Below, piece by piece: positions 19,036-27,741 of a stretch of 64,000 bases of DNA (its first letter is position 1; each line of letters begins with the position of its first letter). The notes under the pieces were generated by a model, which had not been told where the DNA came from, did not search any database, and worked only from the letters and a program-made list of their open reading frames with translations. The position numbers and the translations under genes were made by a program. Source of the DNA: a virus; IMG/VR virus record IMGVR_UViG_3300025120_010288, positions 6,857-70,856 of that record; one strand, given 5' to 3'.

Positions 19036-19659
19036 ATGCAATTTATTTTCGCAGCTGGCGCGCCTGGCTCAAAATGGAGTAGTGTATGTAAAAATATATA
19101 TGCTAGTCCCTCTATTAATACTTCTGATCACACTAACGAACGACAATACTGGCACGATGCAAGTGGCACTAGTAATTTAATGCATAGTGGCGCTTACTGG
19201 GATCCTGGTATGGAGTTTGGACGTGGGTTTGACAATATTGATCATCTTAGCAAAACAGAAGCAGAAGATGAATTTATTGCCCCTTTTGCAAGTTTTGAAG
19301 GAACTGCAATTGTAAAAAGCCATGTGTTTTGTAACCATTTAGAACACTTGTCAAAAACTTGGTTAGATGTTCCTATTGTTTTAATTCATAGACCCGATGA
19401 TGCATGTTTAGGATGGTGGGTTAAGTGTGGACACTTTGACATCACTTATCCTTTGTATCATGAATATTACAAAAATCTTCGTACTATGGCAACAATTATC
19501 AAAAAACAAAACGAAGATTTATCCAAATTTATTGCAAACAATAACTGTATGCAATATACTACAAATCAAGAGTTATGCAATGACCTTGGTTTACTTGCAC
19601 CACCGCAAGTTCAAAACTACGTTAATGATAACATTAACGTATATCTTTATAAAAACTAG
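19036..19659 (+). CDS. P-loop/sulfotransferase-fold hypothetical protein
   Basis: FIFAAGAPGSKWS, IVKSH, IVLIHRP. Confidence 0.6.
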   Translation: MQFIFAAGAPGSKWSSVCKNIYASPSINTSDHTNERQYWHDASGTSNLMHSGAYWDPGMEFGRGFDNIDHLSKTEAEDEFIAPFASFEGTAIVKSHVFCNHLEHLSKTWLDVPIVLIHRPDDACLGWWVKCGHFDITYPLYHEYYKNLRTMATIIKKQNEDLSKFIANNNCMQYTTNQELCNDLGLLAPPQVQNYVNDNINVYLYKN

Positions 19660-19679
19660 AATAAAGGAAAGACTAAAAA

Positions 19680-20732
19680 ATGAAAAAAATTGTTACTTTT
19701 GTAACAGCATTAATGTTGTCATCAACAGCAGCACTTGCTGATTACACTCTTATTGTTCCACAAGCACCAGGTAAAGGTACTAGTGTATGGGGAGAAATTA
19801 TTGCCAAGAACTTGGAACAGTTTATTGGTGAACCGGTAGTGGTACGCCATATTCCAGGCGCACGTGACATTCCGGGCTTTAACAAGTTTCACAACAGCCT
19901 ACGTTTTGATGACAAAACAATTATGGTTGCACACGGTGGTAACGGTGTGTCATACTTGCTAGACGATGTTGATTATAACTATTACGATTATGATCTTATT
20001 GGTTCAATGAACAATGATATTGTGCTTGGTAAACAAGAAGGCAAGAACGAAAAAACAGAAACTTGGACCATTGCAGGCGGATCAGGTTTTGAACCAGATG
20101 CAGCAGCAGCGGCCATGTTGATATGTGGACCACAGCCAAACGGTTCAATTGATGCATACTTGGAATGCTGGCGTGAGCGAGTAACTTGGGTCAACGGGGT
20201 ATCAGGCGGTGAAAAGCGTCTAGGTTTTCAAAATGGTGAATTTGATATTGCACGTGAATCACCAGCGGCATGGAAACGTTTCTATACAGGTATCGAAGGT
20301 AACGAACTTTGGTTCACACACGGCATCCTAGACTTGGAAAACAAAGTACAAATGGATGATCCAAACTTTCCAAACACACAGTTCGAAGATGTATATGAGG
20401 CATTGTGGGGCGAACGTCCAGCTGGTGACTTGTATCAAGCATATCGGTTAACACGTAACTGGCGAGATGCAATTCAAAAATCATTATGGGTTAACAAAGG
20501 CAATCCAAACACTACAAAAATTAAAGATGCTGTAACTGCAATGATCAACGATCCAGTTGCAAGTGCAGAAATTTATGCTAAGACAGGTGTTTATCCTTGG
20601 ATCCAAGACGGTCCAGCATTGTTGGCAACTCTTAAATCATTGATTACAGAGAAAGCTCTTAAAGATGCTGTTACGTGGAACCAAGAAGCATATGGCTTCC
20701 CATCAATTTACAAACCACAGCTACTAGACTAA
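19680..20732 (+). CDS. tripartite tricarboxylate transporter substrate-binding protein (TctC/Bug-like)
   Basis: Signal peptide; TLIVPQAPGKGT, GEPVVV..IPGA; adjacent to TctA. Confidence 0.8.
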   Translation: MKKIVTFVTALMLSSTAALADYTLIVPQAPGKGTSVWGEIIAKNLEQFIGEPVVVRHIPGARDIPGFNKFHNSLRFDDKTIMVAHGGNGVSYLLDDVDYNYYDYDLIGSMNNDIVLGKQEGKNEKTETWTIAGGSGFEPDAAAAAMLICGPQPNGSIDAYLECWRERVTWVNGVSGGEKRLGFQNGEFDIARESPAAWKRFYTGIEGNELWFTHGILDLENKVQMDDPNFPNTQFEDVYEALWGERPAGDLYQAYRLTRNWRDAIQKSLWVNKGNPNTTKIKDAVTAMINDPVASAEIYAKTGVYPWIQDGPALLATLKSLITEKALKDAVTWNQEAYGFPSIYKPQLLD

Positions 20733-20747
20733 GAAAGGTTAAACTTT

Positions 20748-22259
20748 ATGATTGAATACTTGATCTGGGCAACACTTGGTACTCTTTACGGAATGCTAGT
20801 TGGCATTATCCCAATTGCAGGAGTTACTACAGCCCTAATTACAGTGTTCAGCATGGGTACTTACTTTATGGCCGACCCCTATTTGGGGTTGGTCTTCTTA
20901 ACTGCTATTGTTGCTAGTTGTGCTAGTGCTGATAGTTACACAAGTATCCTAACTGGCATACCCGGCGCAAGTACAACAGCAGCTTGCGTTATAGACGGCT
21001 ACCCAATGGCAAAGAAAGGCCAAGCCGCTAGAGCAATGGGAATAGCAATTGCAGACAGTACGTTCAACGGTGTTGTGTATGCTGTGTTTGCATTTGCACT
21101 ATTACCATTTTACGGAAAAATTATTGTATTATTTGGACGCCCAGAGTTTTTGGGCTTCATGATGATGGCATTGGCCTGTGTAGGCTTTGTTGCAAGTAAG
21201 AATGTGTTTACAAGTATTTGTGCAATTATATTTGGACTGTTTTTAGGTATGATTGGGCAAGATGTTGTGGGCAATCCACGTTATGCATTTGGTTGGGAAT
21301 ATCTAGAAAGTGGCATTGGTATGATTGTGCTACTATCAGGATTGTTTGGCATACCAGAATTATTAGATGGCTTTAGACGTGGTGCTAAAAGTGCAGCTCC
21401 ACCAATATCAGATCAGTACTGGACACAAATGCGTCAAGGATTTAACGATGCTAGAAAGAATTGGCGAGATATGGTGCGTGGTGGCGCTATAGGATTCGTC
21501 ACAGGACTACTTCCGGGTGTAGGAGGGGCAGTTGGTGATTTCCTTGCATATGGAGCAACCAAAGCTGCACACAAAGAAAAAGATCAAGAAGTACCATTCG
21601 GAGAAGGTAATCCAGTAGGATTGCTAGGATGTGAAGGAGCCAACAATGCACAAAAAGTATCTAGTATGATACCTGCTTGTTTGTTTGGTATTCCAGCAGC
21701 ACCATTTGCAGCTATGGTCATGGCAATCTGTATGTATTTTGGTATGGAAATTGGGCAACCTAGCCTATTAGATGATACACAGTTTACAAACAGTTTATTA
21801 TTAGGTTACATCTTTGGTACTATTGGTGTTGCATTATTAAGTATATTTTTATACAAATATATTATTAAAATATTAGAAGTGCCATATTGGATTTACGCAA
21901 CATTTATTTTAACTGTAATTGTTTATGCAAACATGCAATATACAGGTGGATGGGAAGATTTAGCATTACTTGCTATACTAAGTGCAATTGGTTGTTTCTT
22001 AAAATATTACAATGTAAGTCGCCCTGCTATTCTAGTTGCATATGTTGTGGCATTTAAAATTGATGAATACTTTTGGGGAACATTGCAGTTATATGGATAC
22101 AAACAATGGAAAGAAGGATTAGCAGCCTGGGCTGACATTAGATGGCTAGAATTGTTTAGTCCAACTGATCATCCAATCTTTATTGTGTGTATTACTATTA
22201 GTGTTGCTATCTTTGTAAATAGCTTAGTAAGAAAAGACAAAGGTCTTGAATATACATGA
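20748..22259 (+). CDS. tctA: tripartite tricarboxylate transporter permease TctA
   Basis: G.LVGIIP, SIL.GIPG...A...DGYPMAKKG.A.RA, G.LPGVGG, EGANNA; many TM helices. Confidence 0.9.
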   Translation: MIEYLIWATLGTLYGMLVGIIPIAGVTTALITVFSMGTYFMADPYLGLVFLTAIVASCASADSYTSILTGIPGASTTAACVIDGYPMAKKGQAARAMGIAIADSTFNGVVYAVFAFALLPFYGKIIVLFGRPEFLGFMMMALACVGFVASKNVFTSICAIIFGLFLGMIGQDVVGNPRYAFGWEYLESGIGMIVLLSGLFGIPELLDGFRRGAKSAAPPISDQYWTQMRQGFNDARKNWRDMVRGGAIGFVTGLLPGVGGAVGDFLAYGATKAAHKEKDQEVPFGEGNPVGLLGCEGANNAQKVSSMIPACLFGIPAAPFAAMVMAICMYFGMEIGQPSLLDDTQFTNSLLLGYIFGTIGVALLSIFLYKYIIKILEVPYWIYATFILTVIVYANMQYTGGWEDLALLAILSAIGCFLKYYNVSRPAILVAYVVAFKIDEYFWGTLQLYGYKQWKEGLAAWADIRWLELFSPTDHPIFIVCITISVAIFVNSLVRKDKGLEYT

Positions 22260-23497
22260 CGTACAATATATGGAACAAATGGGATCCATTACAAAATGTA
22301 ATGCTTGGTACTTGTTACACTAGCGAATTTTTTAGAGACATTGTTAGTGTAAAAGTACGTGATGCATTGTGTCAAATTGCTGATGAAACTGAAGAAGATT
22401 TAGCAGCATTCCACGACATTCTTGTGGACTTTGGGGTAGATGTAATACGTCCAAAATTAGATCGCAATGATTCAATAATGAATTATGTTAATTTAGATGG
22501 ACAAATACCTAATCGTATACCACGTTCTCCTTTACAACCTAGAGATCAACAGTTAGTTGTGGGAAATGATTTAGTTTATGTGAACGAAAACGATCACTCT
22601 GCTATAAAAACAGCACTGGATGCATACAATCCACAACACAAATGGATTAATTTTGGAGGCAATAGCAAACTTGGTGGCATAGATAGACAAACTGTATTTG
22701 AAAATACATTTAGAGTAAAGTATGATATAATGTCAGGCAGCGACTGGCCTGGCGTAGACAGTTGTTTATCACACAAATTTATTGCTAGTAGTTTTATAAC
22801 CAAAGAGATCAATCAACTACATCAACATGTAAATCAATTGGTGGATAACTACAATCACAATCGTATTGGTGCGCCAAGTATAACCAGTGTTGGCAAGGAC
22901 ATTTACATTGATAGTTATGTGAGCGACTTTGATATTAAACAACACACAGACATATTTGAAGATTTTAGAATCAATAGACTTACAATTGGTGGACACAACG
23001 ATGCATGTTTTCATACACTCAAACCAGGTGTTATATTAAGTTTATTTGAAATACAAAAATACGAACATACTTTCCCAAATTGGGATGTGTGTTATTTGCC
23101 TGATGCAGCATATAATGCTATCCCTGAATTTATGAAAATACGTAACAGTGTAAATGGTAAATGGTGGGTACCAGGACAAGAAGATAACAGTGAATTTACT
23201 CAATTTGTTGAAACTTGGTTAAAAGATTGGGTAGGATATGTTGAGGAAACAGTGTTTGATGTCAATGTATTAGTACTTGATGAACACCATGTTTGTGTAA
23301 ATAACATTAATAATAAAGAAGTCAACAAATTTTTAAAGAAACATAACATGGAACCAGTGTTAGTTCCATGGAGGCATCGATATTTTTGGGACGGTGGATT
23401 GCATTGTATAACGCTTGATTTAAATCGACGTGGTACACAACAAGACTATTTCCCCAATCGCAAAGATGCTATTTTAGATTTAGGAGCAGTACTATGA
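22256..23497 (+). CDS. amidinotransferase (glycine/inosamine-phosphate family)
   Basis: WDPLQ.V.LG, PRD, GGHNDACF, FDVN, DGGLHCITLDL.R. Confidence 0.85.
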   Translation: MTYNIWNKWDPLQNVMLGTCYTSEFFRDIVSVKVRDALCQIADETEEDLAAFHDILVDFGVDVIRPKLDRNDSIMNYVNLDGQIPNRIPRSPLQPRDQQLVVGNDLVYVNENDHSAIKTALDAYNPQHKWINFGGNSKLGGIDRQTVFENTFRVKYDIMSGSDWPGVDSCLSHKFIASSFITKEINQLHQHVNQLVDNYNHNRIGAPSITSVGKDIYIDSYVSDFDIKQHTDIFEDFRINRLTIGGHNDACFHTLKPGVILSLFEIQKYEHTFPNWDVCYLPDAAYNAIPEFMKIRNSVNGKWWVPGQEDNSEFTQFVETWLKDWVGYVEETVFDVNVLVLDEHHVCVNNINNKEVNKFLKKHNMEPVLVPWRHRYFWDGGLHCITLDLNRRGTQQDYFPNRKDAILDLGAVL

Positions 23498-24198
23498 CAC
23501 AAGAATCTTATACAAGCAGCTGGCAATGGACAGTAGATAACAGTGACTATCATTTTGATTATACTCGTCACGATCAACCAGGAGAATGGTTTACTCAATT
23601 AGGAAAATACTCAGGTGAATGGACACAAGAGTTAGAGACTTTAATGGAAGCCTCTAATCCTATCACTTGGCGCTCACGTAAAATATCACCGCACTATCTT
23701 AATAAAGATGGTACATATGAACAAAGTAATATGATTGATCAAGAAGAAGCTGACTTAGAAAACACCGGGATTGATAAAAATTTAGTGCTAACTGATGTGA
23801 TTGAGAAAGAAGACTTGCCTCCAGTTTTTGAACGTATGTATAAGGTTTTTGGGCTTGAAGATCCATGGGTTAGATTGCATTTACAACAACCGGGTCAAAT
23901 GTTTAATTTACATATTGATAAATTGTATGATCGTTATCCAGAAGATCCTAGTCAAGTAGTAAGAATTGTTGTTAATTTAACTGATTGGGAACCAGGACAG
24001 TTTTATGCATATGGTACTTACAACATGAGTCACTGGAGTTCAGGCGATATACACATGTTTGATTGGCAAAATATTCCACATGCTACGGCAAATTGCAGCA
24101 GAAGTATTCGACCAACCATGATGATGACTGGTGTTAAAACTAAACTAACAGAGGAAGTGTTGGCTAATACAACACCAACCTCAATTTACAGTATATGA
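23494..24198 (+). CDS. 2OG-Fe(II)/cupin oxygenase-like protein
   Basis: LHID, DWEPG, PHATAN...R. Confidence 0.7.
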   Translation: MTQESYTSSWQWTVDNSDYHFDYTRHDQPGEWFTQLGKYSGEWTQELETLMEASNPITWRSRKISPHYLNKDGTYEQSNMIDQEEADLENTGIDKNLVLTDVIEKEDLPPVFERMYKVFGLEDPWVRLHLQQPGQMFNLHIDKLYDRYPEDPSQVVRIVVNLTDWEPGQFYAYGTYNMSHWSSGDIHMFDWQNIPHATANCSRSIRPTMMMTGVKTKLTEEVLANTTPTSIYSI

Positions 24199-25100
24199 CA
24201 AAACCAACTTTACTAATTGTTATTGGGCCGCAAGGCAGTGGTAATCACATGTGGAGTAAAATACTAAGCTCGCACAGTGATGTTATTGGGTGGCAACAAC
24301 TTCAAGAAGAATACTGGGTTGGGCACGATAATGAACCATTTGCTGACTGTTGGCGCAATCCTCTATTATTGAAAGAGTTTGATTTTAGCAAAAGTAATTA
24401 TTGGGTCACAAGTATTAGTGTGCCTTATTTTGATGATGGTAAAGAAAAAACTCCGTTAATAATGGAATTTATTGGCACTGCAATACAACATGTAAACATT
24501 AAAGTTGCATTGATAAGCAGAGATAAAAGCATACTCGAGAACCAACAGCAGCGTCTTAGAGAAAGAGTCACACTACCTAAATTTGTTGAAGAAACTGAAC
24601 ATACTGTTCATCCTGATGTGTATTTAAGTTTTGAGAGCTTACACCTATACGGGAGTAAATACTTGCAGCACATTGGGACGCTTTTGGACTTTCCTGTCGA
24701 TTTTGAACATGAAAATATATTAGAAAATGATTCAAATAAAAAATATATTACAGGATATAACGATAGCGATTACTGGTTAGACAACTTAGCACGTAAAACA
24801 AGTAGTGCAAATGTTAAAACTGTTAGACCTGAGCCTACCGAGGAGGTCAAAATGGGAAGAATAGCAAGATGGTGGCATAACTTTTGGCGAGAAGAATACG
24901 AGCTTATTATAACTGTGCCAGATATTAACACAGTACACGACAATGGTGATAGATCAAACACTAAAAAAGATCTACACTTTTCTGCTAAAAAATTAATAAA
25001 AACATCTCCAAAACATTTTATATTTGTAGATATGAAAGATCAAAGGAATGAAATTAAATTTTTAACAGCAACAGATTTTCATATTATAAAAATATGGTGA
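24195..25100 (+). CDS. P-loop/sulfotransferase-like protein fused to a small C-terminal domain
   Basis: IGPQGSGNH; internal GGAGGT SD plus in-frame ATG at 24852. Confidence 0.65.
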   Translation: MTKPTLLIVIGPQGSGNHMWSKILSSHSDVIGWQQLQEEYWVGHDNEPFADCWRNPLLLKEFDFSKSNYWVTSISVPYFDDGKEKTPLIMEFIGTAIQHVNIKVALISRDKSILENQQQRLRERVTLPKFVEETEHTVHPDVYLSFESLHLYGSKYLQHIGTLLDFPVDFEHENILENDSNKKYITGYNDSDYWLDNLARKTSSANVKTVRPEPTEEVKMGRIARWWHNFWREEYELIITVPDINTVHDNGDRSNTKKDLHFSAKKLIKTSPKHFIFVDMKDQRNEIKFLTATDFHIIKIW

Positions 25101-25109
25101 GGGAAAATA

Positions 25110-25562
25110 ATGAAAATATTAATATTTGGGCTTCCAGGTAGTGGTAAAACTACACTGGCAAAACCATTTGCGGAGTTAATTGGTGGTGTGCATATTAATG
25201 CCGATGCAGTAAGAACAAAATACGAAGGACCCGACATGTCACAGTGGGACTTTAGTTTATCCGGAAGAGTACGCCAAGCAGTTCGTATGAAACATTTGTC
25301 AGACGGTGTAGTACTAGCAGGCAAGATTGCTGTTACAGATTTTGTATGCCCTACAGAAGCATCACGTAAAGAATTTGCCCCTGACTTTACTGTGTGGATG
25401 GATACTATTAAAGAAGGTAGGTTTGAAGATACAAACAAGGTATTTGAACAACCAATACATTGCAACTATCATGTGTCAGATTGGTTTGAAGATACGCATG
25501 TGGCGTTAGTCCAGGTTGTTAATCGTTATATTGAATGGCAAGAAAAACTTGACAAACAATAA
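25110..25562 (+). CDS. adenylyl-sulfate kinase-like P-loop kinase
   Basis: GLPGSGKTT, NADAVR, DFS..GR.RQ..RM, DFVCP, FEQP. Confidence 0.8.
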   Translation: MKILIFGLPGSGKTTLAKPFAELIGGVHINADAVRTKYEGPDMSQWDFSLSGRVRQAVRMKHLSDGVVLAGKIAVTDFVCPTEASRKEFAPDFTVWMDTIKEGRFEDTNKVFEQPIHCNYHVSDWFEDTHVALVQVVNRYIEWQEKLDKQ

Positions 25563-25746
25563 AAAAGCAATAGCTAAAACAATCACATGGAGAATTACTG
25601 GAACATTAACTACTTTCACAGTAGGATGGATTGTTAGCGGTAGTATCACAATTGGTATAGGAATAGCTAGTATTGAGTTTTGGGCCAAGCTCGTATTGTA
25701 TTATGTACACGAACGTTTATGGGATAAAAAAGATGAGTCACTTTGA
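25549..25746 (+). CDS. DUF2061-like small membrane protein
   Basis: KTITWRI.GT, K..LYYVHERLW. Confidence 0.8.
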   Translation: MTNNKKAIAKTITWRITGTLTTFTVGWIVSGSITIGIGIASIEFWAKLVLYYVHERLWDKKDESL

Positions 25747-26149
25747 TTGGAAGAAACCAACAACACAAATGCTAGGGAGATGGCAACCGTGGCACGATGG
25801 ACACACAGCACTATTTAAAAAAGCATTGTTAGAGACAGGACAAGTGTGTATACAAGTACGCAATGTTGGCGGGATTGTAGGTGCAGATGCAGGCGACGGG
25901 CGTACTGCCACACAAGATGATAATCCTTTTGATGTAGAAACAGTGTTTGGAAATATAGTTAAAGAATTAAAAAAAGAAGGCTTTACACATAATAAAGAGT
26001 ATGTTATAATGATAGTACCCAACATTGTTGATATCAGCTACGGAAGAGGTGTAGGGTACACGTTTACACAACATGATCTTGGAGAAGAGATACATAATAT
26101 TAGTGCTACACAAATTAGAGCACAATTGCGTGAAGAAGGAAAACTTTAA
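25733..26149 (+). CDS. HxGH cytidylyl/adenylyltransferase-like protein
   Basis: GRWQPWHDGH, NPF, ISATQIR. Confidence 0.85.
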   Translation: MSHFDWKKPTTQMLGRWQPWHDGHTALFKKALLETGQVCIQVRNVGGIVGADAGDGRTATQDDNPFDVETVFGNIVKELKKEGFTHNKEYVIMIVPNIVDISYGRGVGYTFTQHDLGEEIHNISATQIRAQLREEGKL

Positions 26150-26160
26150 AGGAAACTATC

Positions 26161-26646
26161 ATGGGTATACTAGCTTCGTTAAAATTATTTGCTGTGGTAG
26201 GTGTGTTAGCAGGTGCTGGATTTTTATTTAATCAAACCACTAATTTAAAAGCCGAACTAGCAGTTGCAGATGGAAACATTATTACACTTGAAACAGCAAA
26301 AGAACAACAAGATGCAGTAATAGAAAGTATGAAACAAGATATTGTACAAAAAACTCAACTAGCTGAAGAAATGCAAGCAACAATTGAACAGCAAGCAAAA
26401 GACTTGGCTGCTCTTAACGAAAGGTTTCAGCGTAGTGCAAATGGTAATCCACGTGATATTGGCAATTTAGCAATAGCTCGTCCACAAAGTGTACAAAGAG
26501 TAATTAATAATGCTAGTGCAAAAGCTGCAAGATGCATAGAACTAGCAAGTGGTGCAACCTTAAACGAGGAGGAATTAAAAGTTGAAAGTAAAAATTCAGA
26601 ATGCCAGGGTCTTCTTGATACTTTGCGTACTGCCACTAGTCCTTAG
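26161..26646 (+). CDS. i-spanin (Rz-like)
   Basis: N-terminal TM helix, long coiled coil, C-terminal Cys; overlaps a lipoprotein gene. Confidence 0.75.
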   Translation: MGILASLKLFAVVGVLAGAGFLFNQTTNLKAELAVADGNIITLETAKEQQDAVIESMKQDIVQKTQLAEEMQATIEQQAKDLAALNERFQRSANGNPRDIGNLAIARPQSVQRVINNASAKAARCIELASGATLNEEELKVESKNSECQGLLDTLRTATSP

Positions 26647-26959
26647 TGCTTGTAGTAATTTTAGTACGCAACGAGAAATTATTGAAGTAGCAGCAAAACC
26701 TGTTGAACGGGTTCCACTTGCATTGCCCGAGATCCCTCCATTAATAATAGATACACCAGAATGGATAATTGTAACTCCTAATAACGTTGATGCTGTATGG
26801 GAACAACTTGGCAAAGATCGAAAAGACATTGTTATATTTGGGTTAACCGATGATGGTTATGAACAGCTCAGTTTAGATTTTGCTGAAATGCGAAATTACA
26901 TTGCACAACAAAAACAAGTAATATTACAATATAAAAAATACTACGAAGCGAATGAGTAA
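26582..26959 (+). CDS. o-spanin (Rz1-like) lipoprotein
   Basis: LVLSAC lipobox, Pro-rich segment. Confidence 0.75.
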   Translation: MKVKIQNARVFLILCVLPLVLSACSNFSTQREIIEVAAKPVERVPLALPEIPPLIIDTPEWIIVTPNNVDAVWEQLGKDRKDIVIFGLTDDGYEQLSLDFAEMRNYIAQQKQVILQYKKYYEANE

Positions 26960-27708
26960 TGAACAATTATGCTGTTCTTGGTGTACAACACGGAGCGTCT
27001 TTGGATGAAATTAAAAAAGCATACAAACGTAAAGTTATGGAACATCATCCTGACAGAGGTGGTGATGCCGATAAGTTTCGCCAAGTAACACAAGCATATG
27101 AATCATTAACCAATAAAAGCGAGCCAATAACTCCTACATTTGGATCAAGTCCACAGTGGGACTTAGATGATATGTTTGCTAGATTTGGCGCTCATATGAA
27201 TCCACGTCATCAACAAATAGCTCGAGTATTACTACGAGTAGACCTTGAAGATGCAGTACAAGGTGGCAAACGTTTGATTAGTTTGCAAACACCACAAACC
27301 AGTAATATTGATATAGAAGTAGATTTGCCACGTGGAGTAATTGATGGGCAAAAGATAAAATATGGTAACATTAAAGGTTTGGGGTTTGACTTAATTGTAG
27401 AATTTCGAATCAATCCAAATAAGAAATGGCAACGGGTTGGGGATGATTTATATCTCACTATTAAACTTCCAATTTGGCAACTTATAACAGGAAGCTGTGT
27501 TAACATAATAACTATATACGGTAGACAAATAGCAGTAACAATACCCGAACGATTCCAACCTGGCAGACAACTGCGGTTAGCCAAACAAGGTGTACATAAC
27601 GAAGCTATGAGCAACACCGGAGATTTGCATTTAAAAGTTGAAGGAACTATTCCATTGAATATCCATCCCGACTTGTTAAAAGCAATCCAAGACCTATCAA
27701 ACAACTAA
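26959..27708 (+). CDS. DnaJ/CbpA-type co-chaperone
   Basis: J-domain with HPD; DnaJ_C domain; no Zn finger. Confidence 0.92.
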   Translation: MNNYAVLGVQHGASLDEIKKAYKRKVMEHHPDRGGDADKFRQVTQAYESLTNKSEPITPTFGSSPQWDLDDMFARFGAHMNPRHQQIARVLLRVDLEDAVQGGKRLISLQTPQTSNIDIEVDLPRGVIDGQKIKYGNIKGLGFDLIVEFRINPNKKWQRVGDDLYLTIKLPIWQLITGSCVNIITIYGRQIAVTIPERFQPGRQLRLAKQGVHNEAMSNTGDLHLKVEGTIPLNIHPDLLKAIQDLSNN

Positions 27709-27741
27709 ATATTATTATAGTAGAATAACTAAAGGACTGTT

